Source: Alphaproteobacteria bacterium (GTDB taxonomy: Bacteria > Pseudomonadota > Alphaproteobacteria > JAAXGF01). From it: a stretch of 64,000 bases of DNA. The stretch is from positions 1,216,001 through 1,280,000 of the forward strand of contig CAUVXB020000001.1 of assembly GCA_963555825.3 (NCBI GenBank), written 5' to 3'. A model generated the notes under the pieces. That model was not told the origin of the DNA and searched no databases. It worked only from the letters and a program-made list of their open reading frames with translations. Within the stretch, counting starts at the first letter, position 1; the number at the start of each line of letters is the position of its first letter. Below are positions 54,663 through 64,000 of this stretch, piece after piece. The position numbers and the translations under genes were made by a program.

Positions 54663-54960
54663 CTCGAATTCCTCGAGCAGACTGCCGTCCGTGAGACCGA
54701 CGGCAACAGAGTGGCACTGCGAGCCGACATCGACACTGACACGCAGTTGCAAAGCTTGGGGGTTCAGCATGGATCGCTCCTTCAGCAAACAAGACCCTCG
54801 GATCATCCTTCGGTCTCGTCTACCTGCAGAGCCACGATCGCCAGCGATCGGCACCATCCCGGTCGACCCGTCGGATGATGCAGGTGACGGGGGCGGCAAT
54901 TCAAACTTGAGTGAGCCCGGCAAGCCGGACCACTGACCCAAACAGCCACACCCCCGTCGG
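54663..54960 (-). mobile_element. IS110-family left-end fragment (non-coding leader and transposase N-terminus)
   Basis: MLNPQALQLRVSVDVGSQCHSVAV resembles the first DEDD motif; AAGGAG RBS. Confidence 0.65.
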
Positions 54961-55177
54961 CGTCAGGCTAACCGCCGTTCACCGCACAAGCCACCTGCGA
55001 TTCCAGGAAAATCACTGCCGCCGCACTGGATATGTGGATAACTCGCCGCCGCGAGTTCTCGCACATCCCCACTGCGCAACAACAGCCTATTCCTCACGAA
55101 ATTCGATGGTAGACCCACAGCCGCCATTCCCGCACATCGTCTCATCCGTCTTGAGCTCGAAGGGTATGTCACTTAGA

Positions 55178-56819
55178 CCGACATTCCCCATATACCATCC
55201 AAATTCGTGGAAATCGTACCACTTTCCCACCGCCAAGGGAACTGTATCCCCTATGCAGCCATCCGATGGCATGATTTTGGTAATCGGCCCGCGCTTGGAA
55301 GGCCACTCGGTCATTTTTCTCGCCATCCAGACACACCTCTCCTGTCGCTTTCTCCTCGCCGTCGATTCCCTCGGCCTACGCCGGAGCGGGTCTTCGTCGC
55401 AGATCATCAATCAAGCTCAGGATTTTCCGGAACAGGTCCCTCGGCACCGCCACCTCAGCCAATTGGAACGTAACGTAGCGGCCATGTCGGACAACCTTGG
55501 CCCCGATCTTCACCAGCTTGTCGCGCAACGTCGTCATCGACCAGTGCTCCACCTCCTTCGGCAAAGCCAGTGTCCTCATGAAGTTGCCCAGATTGTAGGC
55601 CAGGGCGTGAAGCTGGAGCCGAACGGCATTGTTGCGGAACTTGCGACATGACAGACGGGTCCAGTTGATGGCGTTCTTGCCTTCCTTGATGTGCTGCTCC
55701 GCCGTGCCACGGTGATTATAGAACGCCACCACCCGCTTGGTAGGGCGCGACAGATTAGTGACGATGAAACCGACGCGAGGAACCAGCTCGCCGGGGTGCC
55801 ACTCCACTTTGGCCACGACACGGCGCTTCTTGTTCCACGATCCGGCCTGATAGCTGAAGCTGGCGTGGAAACGGCGAACATGGTCGGGCGGGCGACCGAC
55901 AGGTCGCGTAAGCAGATGGGCAATGTTCCGCTGGAGAATCGCGTTCGCTTTGAGGCGGATGACGTAGAGTAATCCCTCGGCTTCGAGATATTCGTATATC
56001 TCCGGTGAGGCGAAGGCGGCATCGCCACGAAAATACAGCCGCACCTTCCTTTCCTTATAGCGCATCACCACCGGCTCCAGAACATTCCGCCATCCGTCGG
56101 CACTGTGAACATTACCGGGGCGCAGGGAACATCTCTCCAAGTCGCCGAACTGGTTGAACAGGAATAGCGGATGCTAGCAGGTACAGCCGAAGTGACCATT
56201 GTACGCTGTTCCCTCTTGTTCGCCATGGGTCGGGCTGACGCTGCTGTCCATGTCGAGAATGATCATCTTCGGCGGATGGCGGTCATGAACCTTGTCGATC
56301 CACACCCCGTTCATGTCGACCAAGGCTTCAACGTTCTCGTCGGTGGCCAATAGCTCCGTCTCGAAGCGTCCCATCTGGCTGGTGGAAGCGGCCTGTCTTT
56401 CGATGGCCTTGCCGCCAACAATCCAGCGCATGGCGGGATCGCGTCCCAGACGGTCGGCGTCGTTCACATCGTCATAGCCGCCAAGGCGCCCGAAAACGGA
56501 CTGGCGAAACTGACCCGTCATGCCGTGCCATCCGTTCTTGCCGGTACGGCTATCCTGGAAAACACCCTCGGCCATCTCAGTCAGGCCGAGGGCATCGTCA
56601 AGCTCCCGGTAGGCGAGCAACCCGGCATCAGAGGTGATCTTGGAACCGTGGAATTCAAGCTTCAATCGACGGTCAAAAACGACCCGAAGGCACCCCGGTT
56701 TCGATTCACCCATCGGGTGTGCCATATCCGCCGCTCCATGTATGCTACAACTTCATGATTCTTATAGCAGAATCGCCTTCTCGCCGCACTGAATATCGAC
56801 GATACTTGGGAAATGCGGG
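55178..56819 (-). mobile_element. Full-length IS1380-family element; transposase 55376-56725 with a nonsense TAG at 56174-56176
   Basis: ITSDAGLL, LDMDSS, RGDAAF; ends CCCGCATTTCCC / CCGACATTCCCC; both ORF pieces are in frame. Confidence 0.94.
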
Positions 56820-57204
56820 CTTGAAGAAGCAGGGCTTCGCGCCGGCGACGATTGTAACCGATAAACTCCGCTCCTACGGCACCGCGATCCGTTTGCTTGC
56901 CCTCTCGGCTCAGCATGAGCAAGGCCTGCGAAAGAACAATCGGGCAGAAAATTCACATCAGCCGGTGCGACGACGAGAGCGAAAGATGCAGCGGTTCAAA
57001 TCGCCCGCGTCCGCGCAGCGGTTCCTCGCCGTCCATGCGACCGTCTACAACCTCTTCAACGTCCAACGCCATCTGGTCTCCCGCCGAACACTCCGCCAAT
57101 TCCGCGGCGACGCGATGAGACAGTGGCGGCAAGTGACGACCGTTGCATAATCTCCGGCGTCGGCGCCCACAAGCTGGCCAAATGGCGGTTAACGTGACAA
57201 CGCC

Positions 57205-57409
57205 GAGCAGACCAGCGTCTGACGTGATCCGCGAACCGTGGAACTCGAACTTCAGTCTTCGGTCGAAAAACGCCCGCAGAAGCCCCCGATCCGACTCACC
57301 CTCCAGGTTCCGCATTCGACCCACCCTCCGTCTGATCTAATCCACTGATTCTTATACAGGAATCAGACGAAAACCGCATCAGATGGATCGGTCACTTGGG
57401 GAATGCGGG
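57205..57409 (-). mobile_element. Left-end remnant of a second IS1380-type element
   Basis: FDRRLKFEFHGSRITSDAGLL; terminus CCCGCATTCCCCAAG. Confidence 0.85.
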
Positions 57410-58071
57410 TATACATTGTTTTGCGCAGCCGATTTTCTGAACCAGAGCAATGCAGCCCGCGGGTCTTTCTCTCCGAACCAGCCATTCTTGAATGCGTTGC
57501 CAAGAAGAAACTGCGCATCTGAGTCTTGTGCTTCCACCGCCCTATTCAGCCAATACCGCGCCAATTTGAAATTCTGAGCAGTTACGTTTTTCTTGCCAAT
57601 TATCTCGTTAAGGTAAAACAACACTAAAGCCGTCATTGCCGGGACGTGATTATCTTCTGCCGCAGACAAGTATAATTTTCCCGGTGACAATTCGGGTCTA
57701 CTTACCTGCTCCTTTTCCAGCATTTCCGCGAGTTCGAACTCGGCTGCCGGGTAGCCGTCTTGCACTGCGCTCTCAAGGAGATCTGCGGCTTGTTCGAACA
57801 AGTCTTGCGCTCGATACACTCGGCCTAGCTGAAATTTGATCCGTGGATTTGTGGGTTCGTCTTCGACCGCCTCCTCACAGACTGCTCGTGCCTTCGCTAC
57901 GTCTAGCCTCAAGGTGTGCACCCCTTCGGCAGTTCTGTACGAATCGTCTGGGTGTGCCGCAAGTTGATCACATTTGGCAATTCTGTCAGCGTCGGCAGCG
58001 AAAGCTTGTTGCCCAAAGAGCAAAACAAACACGCCCAGAACCGATATGCCGAAAATTTGCAACTGTTTCAT
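57410..58071 (-). pseudogene. Secreted Sel1-repeat protein, 3'-truncated by IS1380
   Basis: Signal peptide; CDQLAAHPDD; AQFLLG..G..G..KD..AALLWFRKSAAQ. Confidence 0.82.
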
Positions 58072-58123
58072 CTGACTGAACTCCAGAAACACAATGCGTT
58101 GCACAAACATGGGCGCATAGAGA

Positions 58124-58633
58124 TCAATTTTCAGATGATTCAAAATAAAAATTAACTTTATTGTCTCTCGCAAAAATCGTTTTTCGAACAAATACTTCAT
58201 CCGAGCTCAGCCAGCAAGGTCCCGCCATTTCATGGGAAGACCAGCCTGTCGTCGTCACCCGAATTTTCCTTACCTCTACAAGGCCCGCTTCATCGAAGAA
58301 CATTAGTCCCCACTGACCTTCTTCCGGACACACGCTATCCAGCCCGAAACTCCACCACTTGATAGAGGAAATAGAGGTTGCACTGATCCTTTCGAGATCA
58401 TCTCTCATCATGTACGGCGACAAAATGCAAACCTTTTGCCAACCAAATTCTGTCACATCATCCAACTTCACCCGTCTGGAGGCCCCTTCGAATTTTTCTA
58501 TCTTCTTAGCCAGTTCTTGGGCAAAGAGCGCGTCGCGCTCCCGCTGTTCCCGATCGATAAGATATTCAGCTACCGAAGCAAGTATGATAGCAATACCCAT
58601 CGCAATCGCGACCCGCACAGCAATCTTCTTCAC
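58124..58633 (-). CDS. Membrane-anchored hypothetical protein (lower GC)
   Basis: N-terminal TM segment; 169-aa ORF co-directional with the Sel1 gene. Confidence 0.65.
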   Translation of the reverse strand: MKKIAVRVAIAMGIAIILASVAEYLIDREQRERDALFAQELAKKIEKFEGASRRVKLDDVTEFGWQKVCILSPYMMRDDLERISATSISSIKWWSFGLDSVCPEEGQWGLMFFDEAGLVEVRKIRVTTTGWSSHEMAGPCWLSSDEVFVRKTIFARDNKVNFYFESSEN

Positions 58634-58828
58634 AACATCACTCCGTTTCGAAGGTCGTTGCCGTCCTGCGCCGCCAACGACGCGAAGCGCGACCGGACTG
58701 ACCAGCGTCCACGACCGGACCTCAGAGCTGCAGGGTGAAACGCGTTCGCACTGTTCAGAAATCGCCTATACATCACCGCTCATTATAGCGGATAGGACGA
58801 AACGACGGCCTATTCTACGCCTTAAGCG

Positions 58829-59494
58829 CTAGCCACGCCGGAAGACGAGCGAGAAGTTGTCGCGGGGCATGTCGATGGTGCGCTCCAGGGTGAGGCCGTT
58901 GGCCTTGGCGCAAGTCTCGACGTCGGCGATGTCGCGGATGCCCCAGGTGGGGTCGCGATGGCGCAGGGATGCGTCGAAGTCGGCGTTGCTTTGGGCGGTG
59001 TGGTGGCCGTCGCGCTTGTAGGGGCCGTAGAGGTAGAGGATGCCGCCGGGCGCGAGCAGGCGGCCGGCGCCGGCCATCAGGCCCTCGGTGACCGCCCAGG
59101 GGGCGATGTGCAGGACGTTGATGCAGACGATCGCGTCGCGCGGGCCGTCGAGGGCGGCCGGCCAGTCGGGTGTGGTGACGTCCACCGCGATTGGATCGGC
59201 GAGGTTGTCGAGGCCGGTCTCGGCAACCCAGGCGGCGGTGCTGGCGCGCGATTCGGCGAAGGGGTCGCTCGGCTGCCATTGGAGGCCCGGGAACGTGCGG
59301 GCGAAGGCGGCGATGTGCTGGCCGGTGCCCGAGCCGATCTCGAGCGCGCGGCCGGTCGCCGGCAGCACGTCGCGCAGGACATCGAGGATCGGCGCCTCGT
59401 TGCGCGACGCGGACGGCGCGTGGCGGCGCGCGTCGCCGGCCTCGGCGACCGGCGTGCGCCGGCCCCAGGGCGACGGCGCGCTAGGTTTGGGCAT
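58829..59494 (-). CDS. DUF938-family SAM-dependent methyltransferase (start uncertain)
   Basis: APSASRN..PIL, LEIGSGTGQH, WQPSD, INVLHI, YGPY, SNADFD.SL, WGIRD. Confidence 0.92.
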   Translation of the reverse strand: MPKPSAPSPWGRRTPVAEAGDARRHAPSASRNEAPILDVLRDVLPATGRALEIGSGTGQHIAAFARTFPGLQWQPSDPFAESRASTAAWVAETGLDNLADPIAVDVTTPDWPAALDGPRDAIVCINVLHIAPWAVTEGLMAGAGRLLAPGGILYLYGPYKRDGHHTAQSNADFDASLRHRDPTWGIRDIADVETCAKANGLTLERTIDMPRDNFSLVFRRG

Positions 59495-60974
59495 CGGCGT
59501 CGAGCGGGAAGATCGGCCGCCGCACGTTGCGGAAATCGAGCTGGCCGTAGTCCGAGGTGCAGACGCCGACACCGGCGCAATCGACCACGGCGCGGGCGAT
59601 CGGCTTGAAACCGGCGCGCCAGTGCACGCGGCTCTTGAGCATGATGTAGCGCTTGGTCAGTGGGTCGATGCCGAGGCTCTCCAGGCAGGCCAGATCGTTG
59701 GGCTCCTGGTGGCGCGAGATAACAACGATCTCGACGCGGCCGGTATCGAGGACGGCGGTCGGCCCCATGTCCATCAAGACGCCGGCCGACATCGGCCCCT
59801 TGTTGCGGTACTGGCCGTTCGACAGGCGCCTGACCGTGCCGCTGATCGCGAGCGGCGGGCTCGGCGCCGCGACCGTCGGCATGGCGATCTTGCCGCCGAG
59901 CGACAGCGTGACGCTGGCCCCCTCGCCCGCCGCGATCATCTGCTGCACGGCGTCGGGGTCGTGGATCGCGAAGGCGGCGACGTTCTCAAGCCCGGCGTCG
60001 AGGATGGCGGCGAGCACAACGGTGGTGTCCATGGTGCCGACCGAGGCGGCGTTGTCGAAGTGGTCCAAGAGGATCACCGGGCCGTCGGTGATCTGGGCCG
60101 CGCGGTCGAGCGAGTCGGCGAGCGGCTCGAGCTGGTAGACGAACGCTTCGCGGTGGGCCCACGCCTGGTCCAAGAGCTCGGCGCAGAGGCGATCGGCGAG
60201 CGCCTGGTCGTCGTCGGTGACGACCACCGCGCTCGATCCGGCGTTGGCGATATCGGCGTGCGGGAAGCCGGTGAAGAAGCTGGCGCAAAGGGCGCCCTGC
60301 GCCTCCATTTCCTTGGCGCGGGCCTGCAGGCTCCGGTTGGGCTCGTCGTCGCTGCCCTGGCGCATGACATGGGGCAGCATCGGGCGGTTGCCCCAGGCCA
60401 TGGTTGGGTTCGCCGCGCCCTTGAGCGCGGCGAGCACGGCGCGCCCGGCGCGCTGGCCGGTCTCGTAGACGTCGATATGCGGGTAGGTCTGGTAGCCGGC
60501 GACGGCGGTCGCGTTCTCGATGATCGCTGGATACATGTTGGTGTGCATGTCGAGCGCGACGGCAATCGGCGTTTCGGGCGCGATGCCACGCAGGCGGGCA
60601 AGCAGCGCGCCCTCGCCATCTTCCAGGCTCTCGGTCACCATGGCGCCGTGCAGATCCAAGAGAATCGCATCGAGACCCTTGCCGAGCTCCGCCGCGACAC
60701 AATCGCAGATGCAATCCGTGATGTGCGCGTGGGCCGGGTCCTCGACCGGCCCGCTCGGCCAGCAGTGCGCGGCGATCGGCACGACGTACTCGGCGCCCTC
60801 GGCCTCGGCGAGATCGATGTAGGCGGCCATCGCGCTGCCCGTGCCGCGAAACGCCGCGACCGCCTCGTCGCCATAGAGCGGCGCGGTGCCGCCCCTGGCG
60901 AAGCGCGCGAGCGGTGTCGGCACCGGCGAGAAGGTGTTCGTCTCGTGCTTCATCATGGCGATGACCAAACGCAT
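59481..60974 (-). CDS. M81-family metallopeptidase (MlrC-like)
   Basis: HETNTF, LHGAM, LDMH, YPHID, DNA..G, LKSRVHWRAGF. Confidence 0.93.
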   Translation of the reverse strand: MRLVIAMMKHETNTFSPVPTPLARFARGGTAPLYGDEAVAAFRGTGSAMAAYIDLAEAEGAEYVVPIAAHCWPSGPVEDPAHAHITDCICDCVAAELGKGLDAILLDLHGAMVTESLEDGEGALLARLRGIAPETPIAVALDMHTNMYPAIIENATAVAGYQTYPHIDVYETGQRAGRAVLAALKGAANPTMAWGNRPMLPHVMRQGSDDEPNRSLQARAKEMEAQGALCASFFTGFPHADIANAGSSAVVVTDDDQALADRLCAELLDQAWAHREAFVYQLEPLADSLDRAAQITDGPVILLDHFDNAASVGTMDTTVVLAAILDAGLENVAAFAIHDPDAVQQMIAAGEGASVTLSLGGKIAMPTVAAPSPPLAISGTVRRLSNGQYRNKGPMSAGVLMDMGPTAVLDTGRVEIVVISRHQEPNDLACLESLGIDPLTKRYIMLKSRVHWRAGFKPIARAVVDCAGVGVCTSDYGQLDFRNVRRPIFPLDADAQT

Positions 60975-60991
60975 GGAGTTTGTCCTTCCCT

Positions 60992-61131
60992 GTTTAGGTG
61001 TCGGTCAACGCATAATCCGATCGATCGAATTATGCCAGCGCGCGACCGCGCGCCGCCGACCGTTCGGCGAAGAGCAAACGCGGCGATTGAGCGCAGGTCA
61101 GCTCCACGAAGTGGAGGTGACCGCACAAGGA
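60992..61131. repeat. MITE-like repeat, copy 3
   Basis: GTTTAGGTGTCGGTCA...GCCGCCGACCGTTCGGC...GCGGCGATTGAGCGCAGGTCA-hairpin-TGACCGCACAA. Confidence 0.7.
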
Positions 61132-62051
61132 GTCAACCGCGCGCGGGCGGCGGCGATGTGGTCGGGCCCGATGCCGCAGCAACCGCCGATGACGGTGGCG
61201 CCCTTGGCGGCCCAGCGCGCCGCGGCGGCGGCGAACTCGTGTGCCGTCGAGACCTCATCGAAGTCCCAGTTGGGCGGCCTGAAGGACCCCGAATTGGGAT
61301 AGACGCCGATCGGTCCCGGCCAGGCGGCGGCGAGGACGTCGAGCGCGCGGTCGGTGACGTCGAAGCGGCTGTGCATCACGGTCATGACCGTCTCGACGGT
61401 GGATGGCAGCTCGGGGATCAGATCGGCGAGCACGTCGCCGAAGCGGCGGTATTCGGAAATGTTCATCTTGCCGACCCCGGCCAGCACGGTCTCGCCGTCG
61501 TCGGCGAGCGAGCAGCAGAAGCCGACCGAGAACGGCGCGCCGGTCGCCGCCGTCGCGCCGATCGCCGCCAGGCTGATCTCGACGTCGTAGAGCATCTCGA
61601 GGCAGTACAGGTCGCAGCCCGCGTCGCGCAGCACGCCGGCCTGTTCGTCGAAGTTGGCGCGCAGCGTGGCGCCGGCCGGCAGCGGCACGCGATAATGGGC
61701 GTCGACGAAGGTCGAGAGCGAACCGGCGATCCACGCCGGCCGGTCGGATTGCGCGATCGCCTCGCGGCAGAGCGCGACCGCGTGGCGGTTGAAGTCGGCG
61801 ACCCGGTCGCCGAACCCGACCAGTTCGAGCGTGTGGCGCGCCAGCGCGAAGCTGTTGACGATGTGGATCTCGGCGCCGGCGCGGACGTAGTCCTGGTGGA
61901 TCGTACGGACGACGTCGCCGTGCTTGGCCATCGCCGCGCCGCACCAGGCGTCGTCGTCCATCGCGACGCCGCGCCGCTCCAATTCGGTGCCCATGGCGCC
62001 GTCCATCAGGGTGATGTCCCCCGTGGCGAGACGGGCGCCGAGGTCAGTCAC
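61098..62051 (-). CDS. Homocysteine S-methyltransferase family protein
   Basis: MDGAMGTEL, HQDYVRAGA, VYPNSG, IGGCCGIGPDHI. Confidence 0.92.
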   Translation of the reverse strand: MTDLGARLATGDITLMDGAMGTELERRGVAMDDDAWCGAAMAKHGDVVRTIHQDYVRAGAEIHIVNSFALARHTLELVGFGDRVADFNRHAVALCREAIAQSDRPAWIAGSLSTFVDAHYRVPLPAGATLRANFDEQAGVLRDAGCDLYCLEMLYDVEISLAAIGATAATGAPFSVGFCCSLADDGETVLAGVGKMNISEYRRFGDVLADLIPELPSTVETVMTVMHSRFDVTDRALDVLAAAWPGPIGVYPNSGSFRPPNWDFDEVSTAHEFAAAAARWAAKGATVIGGCCGIGPDHIAAARARLTPCAVTSTSWS

Positions 62052-62958
62052 GCGCGAGCGGCCGGGTCAGGCAGGTCGGCCCGCCACAGCCCTTGATCGA
62101 GATTTCGGCGCCCTTATAGGAAACCACCTGGCAGCCCGCCGCCTCGAGCCGGACGCGGGTCTGCGGGTTGCCCTCGATCACCAGGCATCGGCGGGGGCCG
62201 AGCGCCAGCACGTTGCAGCCCATCGACGGGTCGAACTCGGCGTCGGGCACCTCGACCAGGGCGATGCCGCGCGCGATCAGCCAGTCGCGGAACGGCACCG
62301 GCATGAGCGGCGAATAGACGGCGGCCAGGTCGTCGTCGAGCGGGCTGATGAACGACATCAGATGCAGGCATTCACGCGGGCCGCGGTGGTGCGGCAGCGG
62401 CACGACCTCGAAGTGGACGTCGGGTCCGAGCAGCGCCTTTAGCTGGCGGATGCCCTCGGCATTGGTGCGGTAGCCGTGGGCGACCGCGCAGGTGCCCTCG
62501 TCGAACCAAACGAAATCGCCGCCCTCGAGTGCGCCGTCGCTGGTGATCGCGCCGACCACCGGGATACCGGCGGCGGTGTAATAGTCGCCGACCACCGCCG
62601 GCTCGGGCGCGCGATGGGCGTTGGCCATGTTGCACAGGATGACGCCGCCGGGCGCGACGATGGCCGAATCGCGGGAATAGATCGCCGAGATGCCGTTGCG
62701 CGCGTCGGCCGGCATGAACTCGATCGGCACGCCGGCCGCCTCGATGGTGGCGATGAAGCGGTCGTATTCGGCGAGCGCCTCGGCGAAGTCCGGCGCAGCG
62801 ACGAACTCTTCACCCTGCCAGACCGCGTCGAGCCGCGCTTGGCTGCCATAGGCGTCGCGCGGGTGACGCAGCGCCATGCGCCGGATCGCACCGTATTCGT
62901 TGAGGCCGGCAACGCCGATCGCCTCGGCGGCCGGCGCCGCGCTCGGAACCGCGCCCAT
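62044..62958 (-). CDS. Dimethylarginine dimethylaminohydrolase / amidinotransferase (pentein) family protein
   Basis: YSRD, LEGGD, RTN, LHL, GGPTCLT catalytic Cys. Confidence 0.92.
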   Translation of the reverse strand: MGAVPSAAPAAEAIGVAGLNEYGAIRRMALRHPRDAYGSQARLDAVWQGEEFVAAPDFAEALAEYDRFIATIEAAGVPIEFMPADARNGISAIYSRDSAIVAPGGVILCNMANAHRAPEPAVVGDYYTAAGIPVVGAITSDGALEGGDFVWFDEGTCAVAHGYRTNAEGIRQLKALLGPDVHFEVVPLPHHRGPRECLHLMSFISPLDDDLAAVYSPLMPVPFRDWLIARGIALVEVPDAEFDPSMGCNVLALGPRRCLVIEGNPQTRVRLEAAGCQVVSYKGAEISIKGCGGPTCLTRPLARD

Positions 62959-63044
62959 GCCCTACTCCCCATTCGTAAGGGAATTATATACGTGTTTACC
63001 CAAAAGCCGTGGCGTTGGACTGGTGAGGCTGCCATGATTGGGGA

Positions 63045-63272
63045 ATGCGGAAATACTTTCCTGTGTTCGCCTACGGTATCCTTGTTTTCTGCGTTGAGCG
63101 GTTGGCGGAAATGATGTTTCCAGACGCTCCACCATGGGTGTTTGTGTTAGGCGCCATAGCCTCGCTCTTAGCACTATTATCGCACCATTACGGAGTCCCT
63201 CACAGGTTTTGGAGATGGAAAAAAGTAGCGCGTCGAATTTCCGCCAATCACCGCTACCGTGAAGGTGCATAA
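63045..63272 (+). CDS. Small two-TM hypothetical protein, probable IS1595 passenger
   Basis: Two hydrophobic segments; lies between the putative IS end (about 62979) and the transposase. Confidence 0.45.
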   Translation: MRKYFPVFAYGILVFCVERLAEMMFPDAPPWVFVLGAIASLLALLSHHYGVPHRFWRWKKVARRISANHRYREGA

Positions 63273-63363
63273 AAGAGCCGAGAAGATTGAGAAAAAACCC
63301 ACTTGTCTCTTGACGCTACGCCGATTGTTGGGTAAACTGTTGCCATAATAAGGAGGCAGGGTC

Positions 63364-64000
63364 ATGGCACGTAAAGCACCTGGGAAACACTACCGCGCGG
63401 GGCTCACTCTGATCGAGCTTACCCGGATGTTTCCCGATGACGCGGCAGCCGAGCGCTGGTTTGTCAAAACGCGCTGGCCTGAAGGTATCCACTGCCCGTG
63501 CTGTGGCTCACTGAACGTGCAGGAACGTGAGACGCGGAAGCCGCAACCCTACCGTTGCCGGGACTGCCGCAAGGACTTCTCGGCCAAGCTTGGGACGCTC
63601 ATGGAGGGGTCAAAGCTTGGGTTTCAGACATGGGCGATGGCGATTTACCTGATGATGACGGGAATCAAGGGTACATCCAGCATGAAGCTTCGCCGAGACT
63701 TGGGCATCACGCAAAAGACAGCGTGGCACTTAGCGCACCGGATTAGAGAAACATGGAGCGACCCAGACTCGCCTTTCGCGGGGCCGGTCGAGGTAGACGA
63801 AACCTTCATCGGCGGCAAGGAAAAGAACAAGCACGCTCACAAGAAGCTCAGGGCGGGTCGTGGCACCGTTGGAAAGGCTATCGTGATTGGCGCCAAGGAC
63901 CGCGAAACGAACCGCGTGAGTGCCGCTGTGGTTAATGGAACGGACGCCAAAACGCTTCAGGGTTTCGTCGGCGATCGCGCCGCCAAGGACGCAACTGTCT
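63364..64000 (+). mobile_element. IS1595-family transposase (runs off the window; putative left end about 62979)
   Basis: RWPEGIHCPCCGS..YRCRDCRKDFS zinc ribbon; KGTSSMKL..LGITQKTAW HTH; VEVDETFIGG; AGGAGG RBS. Confidence 0.93.

Larger units (their letters stand above)
54237..57204 (+). mobile_element. IS6-family element split by a 2157-bp insertion (tnp halves 54293-54662 and 56820-57150)
   Basis: IR GGCATTGTCACGTTAAC / GTTAACGTGACAACGCC; the halves rejoin as RKLLKKQG across a CTTGA duplication. Confidence 0.92.

Noticed and set aside
59040-62096. 1018-aa plus-strand ORF
   Set aside because: Antisense shadow of recognisable minus-strand genes in GC-rich DNA; no motifs.

Overview
GC-rich, probably alphaproteobacterial chromosomal segment (taxonomy inferred from gene content). 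It is heavily invaded by insertion sequences: more than 20 complete, nested or truncated elements from the IS1380, IS256, IS5/IS1182-like, IS21, IS3, IS4, IS6, IS66, IS110/IS1111, IS630 and IS1595 families. The host genes between them are mostly catabolic: (i) LysR, an unannotated 59-aa ORF, an HpaB-family flavin monooxygenase and a flavin reductase; (ii) TauE, a D-cysteine desulfhydrase-like PLP enzyme, a CocE/NonD hydrolase and a peptide-type ABC transporter with two Tat-exported binding proteins; (iii) a second ABC transporter with an EEP phosphoesterase; (iv) a CCAEP-tail radical SAM gene, gfa, def, and a DDAH/homocysteine-methyltransferase/M81-peptidase/DUF938 operon. The best candidate for an undescribed system is at 9116-16090. 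Removing four insertions at their exact target duplications reconstructs an AT-rich cassette of about 1.96 kb. It encodes a 20-aa coupled ORF, a 304-codon protein (weakly thymidylate-synthase-like, with a winged helix) and a 172-aa NDT/TIR-like protein. The cassette is bracketed by a 150-bp duplication of the flavin reductase 3' end that differs only at synonymous sites. Other notable mobile-DNA observations: an ISEcp1-style IS1380 transposition unit with captured DNA, a transposase-less IS1595-type cassette with a passenger gene, an IS found twice at about the same offset in IS256 ends, an IS1111 remnant with a duplicated guide-loop region, and a three-copy MITE-like repeat. No rRNA, tRNA or CRISPR array was seen. 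All family assignments are by eye; no database searches were run.
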